Below, piece by piece: positions 58,545 to 64,000 of a stretch of DNA of 64,000 nt. Where the stretch lies: positions 1 to 64,000 of the forward strand of contig JANOQI010000056.1 in the NCBI GenBank assembly GCA_031414775.1, given 5' to 3'. The translations under genes and the position numbers were made by a program. The DNA comes from Synechococcales cyanobacterium VAR_4_metabat_354. Its GTDB lineage: Bacteria > Cyanobacteriota > Cyanobacteriia > Cyanobacteriales > Chamaesiphonaceae. Positions within the stretch are counted from its first letter, which is position 1, and every line of letters starts with the position of its first letter. The notes under the pieces are model-generated. The model had not been told where the DNA came from, did not search any database, and worked only from the letters and a program-made list of their open reading frames with translations.

Positions 58545-59687
58545 CTAATCTGGCCTGATCGATAAAATCGCGGTGGTATCTAGATAATTTTTCTCAATCA
58601 TGGCGGTGGAATTATCCACCCATTTAGCGACCAGGGCGATCGGTTTACCTTTTTCAATTTGGCGGGTAATAAAAGTGTCTCGCGCACTGTAGGGTGTGGA
58701 TTTTCGGCCTAGAACCTTGTCGGCTAGCGTTTTCCAGGCGCGTTTACAAAAACCGTCGTAATCAAGGAACCGCCCATTTACTTGAAATACTGCCCCTTGG
58801 CCGTTACTACTAGCCGAAATATCTAATAGCAGTCTCTGAAGTGGTTCACTAGTGGGCAATATCCGGGCGCGGTTGGTCTTGGAAAACTGGTTGGTTTTAA
58901 ACTCAGTCCCGATCTTCACCACTGATCGATCAAATCTAATTTCGGAGCAGTCTGGATTAATTTGCTCCCAGTGCAGTCCTACCGCCTCTGATGGACGGCA
59001 GCCGCTCAAAAATAGAAATTCTACAAACTGACCGCAATAGTTCCAGGTCTGGGAATCATAGAATGCTTGAATTAGTTGCTCTTGCTCCTGGGCGGTGAGG
59101 GCGTTAGCTCTAGCCACTACGCCGCCTTTCCCCTTCAATTCACTGGCCATTTTGCGGTAAGGATTCCGCTGTGACTGGATCAAGCCGACCCGGAGGGCCC
59201 ATTCAATGCAGGTTTCGATCGATTGCAATACCCGCGCCGACATGCCGGGGGTAGTCGATCGCAAAAGGTACGATCGCACAGCGAGTGAGTTTCGCCAATC
59301 CGGGGGGGTCTGCTTGATCCAGTGCCCGATTATTCGGTGATAGTAGTCGGCGGTTTTGGCCTTCCAGTGGTTGGCCTTATATTCACAGTACTTAGTCCAG
59401 AGCTGGTTAATATCGTAGTAATCCCATTCCGTGGGTGATTGGGGGCGATATCTGGCGAATGAGCGATCGAAGGTACCCGATCGATAGTCGGTATTAATTT
59501 GGGTAGCGATCTGATTCCCATAAGCCAAATTCTCAAAAGTGGCGGGGATTTGCAAACTAAACATTTTTTGCTTACCCCCAAACCAATTACGGGGTAAGCG
59601 GATTATGACCCGACCTTTTTTGGTTTGAGCCTCGGCGGCACGGCTATTTTGTCTCACATCAATATCAAATAGATATTTCAGGGGCAA
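58545..59687 (-). CDS. tyrosine recombinase/integrase
   Basis: FLSGCRPSEA (Arg), KT, PYSARDTF, WVDNS, EKNY (Tyr); N-terminal arm-binding-like region. Confidence 0.92.
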   Translation of the reverse strand: MPLKYLFDIDVRQNSRAAEAQTKKGRVIIRLPRNWFGGKQKMFSLQIPATFENLAYGNQIATQINTDYRSGTFDRSFARYRPQSPTEWDYYDINQLWTKYCEYKANHWKAKTADYYHRIIGHWIKQTPPDWRNSLAVRSYLLRSTTPGMSARVLQSIETCIEWALRVGLIQSQRNPYRKMASELKGKGGVVARANALTAQEQEQLIQAFYDSQTWNYCGQFVEFLFLSGCRPSEAVGLHWEQINPDCSEIRFDRSVVKIGTEFKTNQFSKTNRARILPTSEPLQRLLLDISASSNGQGAVFQVNGRFLDYDGFCKRAWKTLADKVLGRKSTPYSARDTFITRQIEKGKPIALVAKWVDNSTAMIEKNYLDTTAILSIRPD

Positions 59688-62067
59688 AGTGGGCGTTTTG
59701 TCGTTCGAGCATGTGTAGGGTCTTATGGGTCACTTTACCGATCGACAGCCGCATTAATTCGCCTGTTTTGTTAATACCGATCAGAGAAAAACCGCATTTT
59801 TTAACGAATGCTTCCCACTGGGGCACGATCGCCGCTGATACCCATACATAAACTCGTCTAATGGTTTGGTCGGGGGCATAGATCGCCTCAATCCGGGGGG
59901 TTCCCACTGGTACCATCTCCGGGGCAATGGGAGCGGTGGGGGCTGGCTTGATGTTTCCTAGTCGCAGATGACTAAGAATGTTCACTTCATCCATCACTGG
60001 AACTATCCAGAAGAAGAAGCCGCCGATCTTACCGGTGCGATGTCCCCCAAACTGTTCTAGCTTGGTGCTAAAGTTGCGCGAGTTTAGCGGGGTAATCCCG
60101 TTGTCGCGACTCCAATCACCATACTGTTTATAAAGGTCGCGCGGCTTGATTCTGGAATCGCCGTCGGGGTAACTCTCCGCCAAAAAGCTGAAAACCGGAT
60201 TATTAGCCTCAAAACGTTCGGTGCTGGCTTTGGCGACGGCGGCGATTTCTCCCGCCCCACGCACCCGATCGAGCATCTCAGTTTCACTAATTGACCATGC
60301 CCAGTTAAATACCCCCGATAGTTCGCTGTTCAGCCGTTCCTGTAAATATGGATCTCTCACGGGCGGCTGATAGTCAAAACTCATGGCCACAATCCGCCGA
60401 TCTAAGGCGCTGTTGTTGTTGCCGGTGGTGGTCACAAAGTCATTATAGGCGCGGACAAAGAAGGTATTTAGGCTGGTAAATGTGGCGTTTTGGTAGAGCA
60501 GTTTGATCCCGACTGGCTCATTACTAATCAGTTCCCCAAACAGCCCCACGTCTTCTAAGTGGCCAGAATCATCCGAGCTGATCGAACACAATTTATCTTT
60601 GAGGTGGGCTAGATAGTTGGGGTTGGTCAGCTGAGATGTTTTGAAGGTGCCGGAGTTGTCCCGCCCGACCAAATTACGCAGAGTCTCCAGGGTCGTACCC
60701 TTGCCGGTGCCCGGTTTGCCGAATAAATCCCAACAAACTTCTAACTTTAACTTACCGTTACCTTTGGGCGTTAGTGCCCATCGAAAGAACGCCTGAACCA
60801 ATTCGATCGCCTTGAGATCACCGCCCAGAGCCTCGGATAGAAACTTATGCCAGCTGGGGGCTGTGGCCTGGGGTTCATAAGAATATGTCAGGACTTTGGT
60901 ATTGCGATCGTCTGGGCAATGGTCTCTAAAGGTGCCGGTGCTGATGTCTAATACCCCATTCTGGAAGGGGACAATCTGTGCTTGATCCCAACCATCAGCG
61001 ACTACTGATTTAGCCTTGAGGTGGCGACATAGACCGTTCATCACGCCATTAGTTTGGGTGTACCATTCGTTGGCATCCAAAAACTCATAGATGGCTGCGT
61101 CTAGGTAGGTTCCCTGTCCGTCATCCCGCACCTCCCATCTCTTGCCGGTCCAGTGACACCAGCCATAACCGGGGCGGTAAGACCAGCTACGCATGAAGGC
61201 GGCTTGGCACATGATCGCTCTTACTCTTAGATCTGGTTCTTTGGGAATATTCAATTTCCATTCATCATTTTTGCGAATCATGGCTGGTTCAGCATTTTTT
61301 ATTAACAGGTCGATCGCCGCTTTGCCGTGTCGGGTAATCAAGTCGTCTGCTCCATTTTTTCTACCATCCGCATCAGTAGGAAGTAAACATAGTTTTGAAT
61401 CACTGCCCTGTTCTTTCAGCCATATCGCTAATTTCAGCGCGGCGTGACGAACCATATAATTTCTACTAAGATCGCTGTCATATGTGATTATGAAATCTCT
61501 TTCCCCAAAGGTTTTCAACAACTCTTCGAGTTCTGGAAGTGGTCTAGAGGATTCCAACTGCTCTGGCTTGAGCGCGTCATCTTCTACCACTTGAGCTACT
61601 GAATTGGATTTGTCTTCATTCCGTTCAGCTTTATCTCTCCAGCCAAAGACTCCACATAGCCCGATGGCTGGGTACCCGGCGCTGCATAAAGCCGCCGCTG
61701 TCTTTTCCCCCTCAGTGATGATGATGGGGGATTTCTTTTTGGCTTTCAGAAATCCCGGCCAGTCAAAATTCTGGGGATAGTACGGGCGATTCCCAACGCC
61801 TTTGGGGGTTAAGTATTTGGGGGCATCATCATCGATGTCGTCGTTTGGAATTGGTTTAAGTCGATAGAAGTCGCCGCCGTTGTGCCCGATGTAGGGAACG
61901 CCCCAGGGGTCGAAGTAGGGAATCAGTAGCCCGTCGATCGAATAGCCGGTTAGCCGCTTGGAGGTGGGGGCATTACCTGAGAAGACCTTTAGCGCTGTGA
62001 TATCGGCTCTAGTGAGAGACGATGCTTTTAACTCATCTTGATGATGGGAGGAAAGGAAGTTGGACAT
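59665..62067 (-). CDS. primase-helicase (DUF3854/TOPRIM-like plus D5/P4-family SF3 helicase)
   Basis: IITEGEK, YDSD, NGADD, FQNGVLD, Walker A GKPGTGKGT, ALDRRI. Confidence 0.9.
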   Translation of the reverse strand: MSNFLSSHHQDELKASSLTRADITALKVFSGNAPTSKRLTGYSIDGLLIPYFDPWGVPYIGHNGGDFYRLKPIPNDDIDDDAPKYLTPKGVGNRPYYPQNFDWPGFLKAKKKSPIIITEGEKTAAALCSAGYPAIGLCGVFGWRDKAERNEDKSNSVAQVVEDDALKPEQLESSRPLPELEELLKTFGERDFIITYDSDLSRNYMVRHAALKLAIWLKEQGSDSKLCLLPTDADGRKNGADDLITRHGKAAIDLLIKNAEPAMIRKNDEWKLNIPKEPDLRVRAIMCQAAFMRSWSYRPGYGWCHWTGKRWEVRDDGQGTYLDAAIYEFLDANEWYTQTNGVMNGLCRHLKAKSVVADGWDQAQIVPFQNGVLDISTGTFRDHCPDDRNTKVLTYSYEPQATAPSWHKFLSEALGGDLKAIELVQAFFRWALTPKGNGKLKLEVCWDLFGKPGTGKGTTLETLRNLVGRDNSGTFKTSQLTNPNYLAHLKDKLCSISSDDSGHLEDVGLFGELISNEPVGIKLLYQNATFTSLNTFFVRAYNDFVTTTGNNNSALDRRIVAMSFDYQPPVRDPYLQERLNSELSGVFNWAWSISETEMLDRVRGAGEIAAVAKASTERFEANNPVFSFLAESYPDGDSRIKPRDLYKQYGDWSRDNGITPLNSRNFSTKLEQFGGHRTGKIGGFFFWIVPVMDEVNILSHLRLGNIKPAPTAPIAPEMVPVGTPRIEAIYAPDQTIRRVYVWVSAAIVPQWEAFVKKCGFSLIGINKTGELMRLSIGKVTHKTLHMLERQNAHFAPEISI

Positions 62068-62100
62068 TACATTATTGGTAGATGCGATGGGGCATATGCA

Positions 62101-62127
62101 ATCAAGCCCCCAGATAGAGGGCTTGAT
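62101..62127. other. hairpin in the primase leader
   Basis: atcaagccc-9 nt-gggcttgat. Confidence 0.6.
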
Positions 62128-62247
62128 AAGTGATTCACTTCACACGAGACTGCTTAGATAGCAGCCAGTGATAGAGCGTAGCCATTTGATACCCCCAAGC
62201 CCGAAAATGGGAGTTGCGACAATAATTTACGGACTTGGGTTAAGGTA

Positions 62248-62285
62248 ATTGACGGTTACTATACTATAATATAGTAACCGTCAAT
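62248..62285. promoter_or_regulatory. perfect 16-bp inverted repeat between divergent primase and XRE genes
   Basis: ATTGACGGTTACTATA-ctataa-TATAGTAACCGTCAAT. Confidence 0.85.
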
Positions 62286-62308
62286 CCCCACGCCCAAGAT
62301 TTTTGGGC

Positions 62309-62566
62309 ATGGGCAAAAATAAGACTTTGAAGCAGATAATCCATGAATCAGGCATGACACATCAGCAAATAGCTGATGCACTTGGGGTTAAACAGCCTAA
62401 TATTTCTACGTGGCTGAGACCAGGTAAAGATATTAGAATTAGCAACGCTGTAAAACTGGCTAGATTACTAAATGTCAGTTTGAAAACGTTAGCTGCTTCC
62501 GTGGGTGTCGATACCGAAGGTGTTCCAGATGATAAAGAAAGAGACGATCACTCATCCGAGGGTTGA
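62309..62566 (+). CDS. XRE/Cro-family HTH regulator
   Basis: GMTHQQIADALGVKQPNISTW. Confidence 0.9.
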   Translation: MGKNKTLKQIIHESGMTHQQIADALGVKQPNISTWLRPGKDIRISNAVKLARLLNVSLKTLAASVGVDTEGVPDDKERDDHSSEG

Positions 62567-62688
62567 CGGCAAGGGAAGAAACACTAGATTTAGATAATTC
62601 AGGTACTTGTAAGCCAGTGTCTTTACTGTTTCCAACAAGTCAAAGCCCTGGCTAAAACTGGAGAGTATCCCCCGCTGTCAATCCATTA

Positions 62689-63204
62689 ATGAAAACCAAA
62701 TATGTCGTCTACAACAAAACCACTGAAGAATACCTTCTTCCTCTCAAAGACGATCTGTTTACTAATAGAAACTGGTCACAGGAATACGCTCAAGCTGAAA
62801 TGTATGAAACGGTGATGGATGCTCATACAGCATTAAACAGCCTTGAATCTCAGAGAAATGATAAACATAAAAGTGGAAATGATGAAGATGGTGAATATGA
62901 AAGTGATTTCACAGTTTTAGGCGTTCAACTAGTCGAAATGCCCACAGCTGAAGAACTGAAGGCAAGAAGAATAATGTCGGCGCGTATTGCTGCTCAACTG
63001 GAAGTATTAATGGTTGGACCACGAAACACAATTCATGTTAATTGTGCGGATGATGGCACCATCACGATCGCCAATTCATTCACTCAACTTATAGCATTAA
63101 ACCCAGAAGCAACATTACAAACCCTGCGTGGTTGCTCCGCCGCCCCCGCAAATTTTGATAAAGTCTGGAGTGCATTACGCGGGGCACCTAACATAAATAT
63201 TTAG
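62689..63204 (+). CDS. hypothetical protein
   Basis: 171-aa ORF, no recognised motif. Confidence 0.65.
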   Translation: MKTKYVVYNKTTEEYLLPLKDDLFTNRNWSQEYAQAEMYETVMDAHTALNSLESQRNDKHKSGNDEDGEYESDFTVLGVQLVEMPTAEELKARRIMSARIAAQLEVLMVGPRNTIHVNCADDGTITIANSFTQLIALNPEATLQTLRGCSAAPANFDKVWSALRGAPNINI

Positions 63205-63421
63205 GACGAACCCAAGGCATCCGACCGAGTAACACCGTGTCGGATGTTTGCCGTTTAGCTACCCATCCAATACCCATAACCGCAAAAATCCGAGACTCTA
63301 ACCGCGACAGATTAAAAGCAATATCGATCAGCTCTTTCTCTCCCTCTGGTGAATATTCAGCGATCGCGATTGCCTCAACTTTATGGGTTAAACCTTGAAT
63401 CAGTTCATACGAAGAAATCAT
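63188..63421 (-). CDS. hypothetical protein
   Basis: 77-aa ORF co-oriented with upstream element genes. Confidence 0.5.
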   Translation of the reverse strand: MISSYELIQGLTHKVEAIAIAEYSPEGEKELIDIAFNLSRLESRIFAVMGIGWVAKRQTSDTVLLGRMPWVRPKYLC

Positions 63422-63485
63422 GAATGGGATGTCTCTAGAAAACTAGTAGGTACGTTTTGAAATATTAGCGTTTTTTTGGCTCCCC

Positions 63486-63767
63486 CTATGGAACGGCGGC
63501 ACCATCCACCCACAAGATCGCCGCCGGATCGACAAAATTACAGGGCGGGTATCCCAGCAAATCTTGATAAGCGTTGTATCTGTTTTGGAGCGTCAAACAC
63601 TCCAACAGCCCCGCCCCAGCTAAATACAGCTCTGGATTAATCCGCAGAACTCCATCAATTTGGATCGCGCCCTGGTCGGCCTGATTGACCGTTAGCGCCA
63701 CCGTCCCGTAATTGTGATCAAACTGGGTGATCTTGTCCGTGGCACCAATTGACGTAAAAGTAGCCAT
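63486..63767 (-). CDS. hypothetical protein, possibly phage structural
   Basis: ATG directly follows the TAA of the upstream ORF, with AGGAG upstream. Confidence 0.7.
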   Translation of the reverse strand: MATFTSIGATDKITQFDHNYGTVALTVNQADQGAIQIDGVLRINPELYLAGAGLLECLTLQNRYNAYQDLLGYPPCNFVDPAAILWVDGAAVP

Positions 63768-64000
63768 TTATTTCAATAACTCCTTGAGTGGTTGGCTGTA
63801 GGCTCTAACTTTGGGATCTTGCTCCGAGCAGATCGGCAAAGTATCGATCCTTTCGTACCCTGGTCCGGGGTTGGTCTGTGGTGGTTCAGCGCTGGCCGCT
63901 TCGTCCCTAGCATCATTCAGCTTTTCGGCTAGATAATCGTTGTTAGGGCTTTGAGGGTTGGACGTGTCATTTTCTTGAGCGGCGAATAGCCCCTCTACGC
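63768..64000 (-). CDS. 3' end of a hypothetical protein whose start lies outside the window
   Basis: Open frame ...VEGLFAAQENDTSNPQSPNNDY...YSQPLKELLK-TAA. Confidence 0.65.
   Translation of the reverse strand, partial: VEGLFAAQENDTSNPQSPNNDYLAEKLNDARDEAASAEPPQTNPGPGYERIDTLPICSEQDPKVRAYSQPLKELLK

Larger units (their letters stand above)
58191..64000. mobile_element. integrated phage-satellite/prophage-like element continuing beyond the window
   Basis: tRNA-fragment att, integrase, primase-helicase, XRE regulator and unknown small genes. Confidence 0.85.

Overview
Cyanobacterial chromosomal window (psbI, psb34, tandem hli genes, ebsA, abundant CGATCG-core palindromes). Positions 1-49 kb are mostly housekeeping: dsbA-like, mgdA, a phosphorylase-kinase/GH15-like gene, tadA-purC-bamA-lpxC-fabZ-lpxA-lpxB, pepP, murQ, carA-STAS-mini-III-rlmB, a peptide ABC transporter, queA, ilvD, desC, an lptD-like gene and fmt. 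The most unusual core feature is a TetR regulator fused to an apparently catalytically dead tyrosine-recombinase fold. It is divergent from a desaturase-thioesterase operon, with two 19-bp palindromic operator candidates between them. Positions 49-58 kb are a defence-type islet: a type I R-M locus with hsdR broken by a frameshift and an amber stop. Two PIN toxin-antitoxin pairs lie between hsdR and hsdM, separated by a diverged, internally deleted copy of the hsdR 3' end. From 58.2 kb to the window end is an integrated phage-satellite/prophage-like element: a tRNA-Thr(UGU) 3' fragment as att site, a tyrosine integrase, a primase-SF3 helicase, a perfect 16-bp inverted repeat, an XRE regulator and unknown genes. 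All calls come from reading the sequence and recognising motifs; no searches were run.
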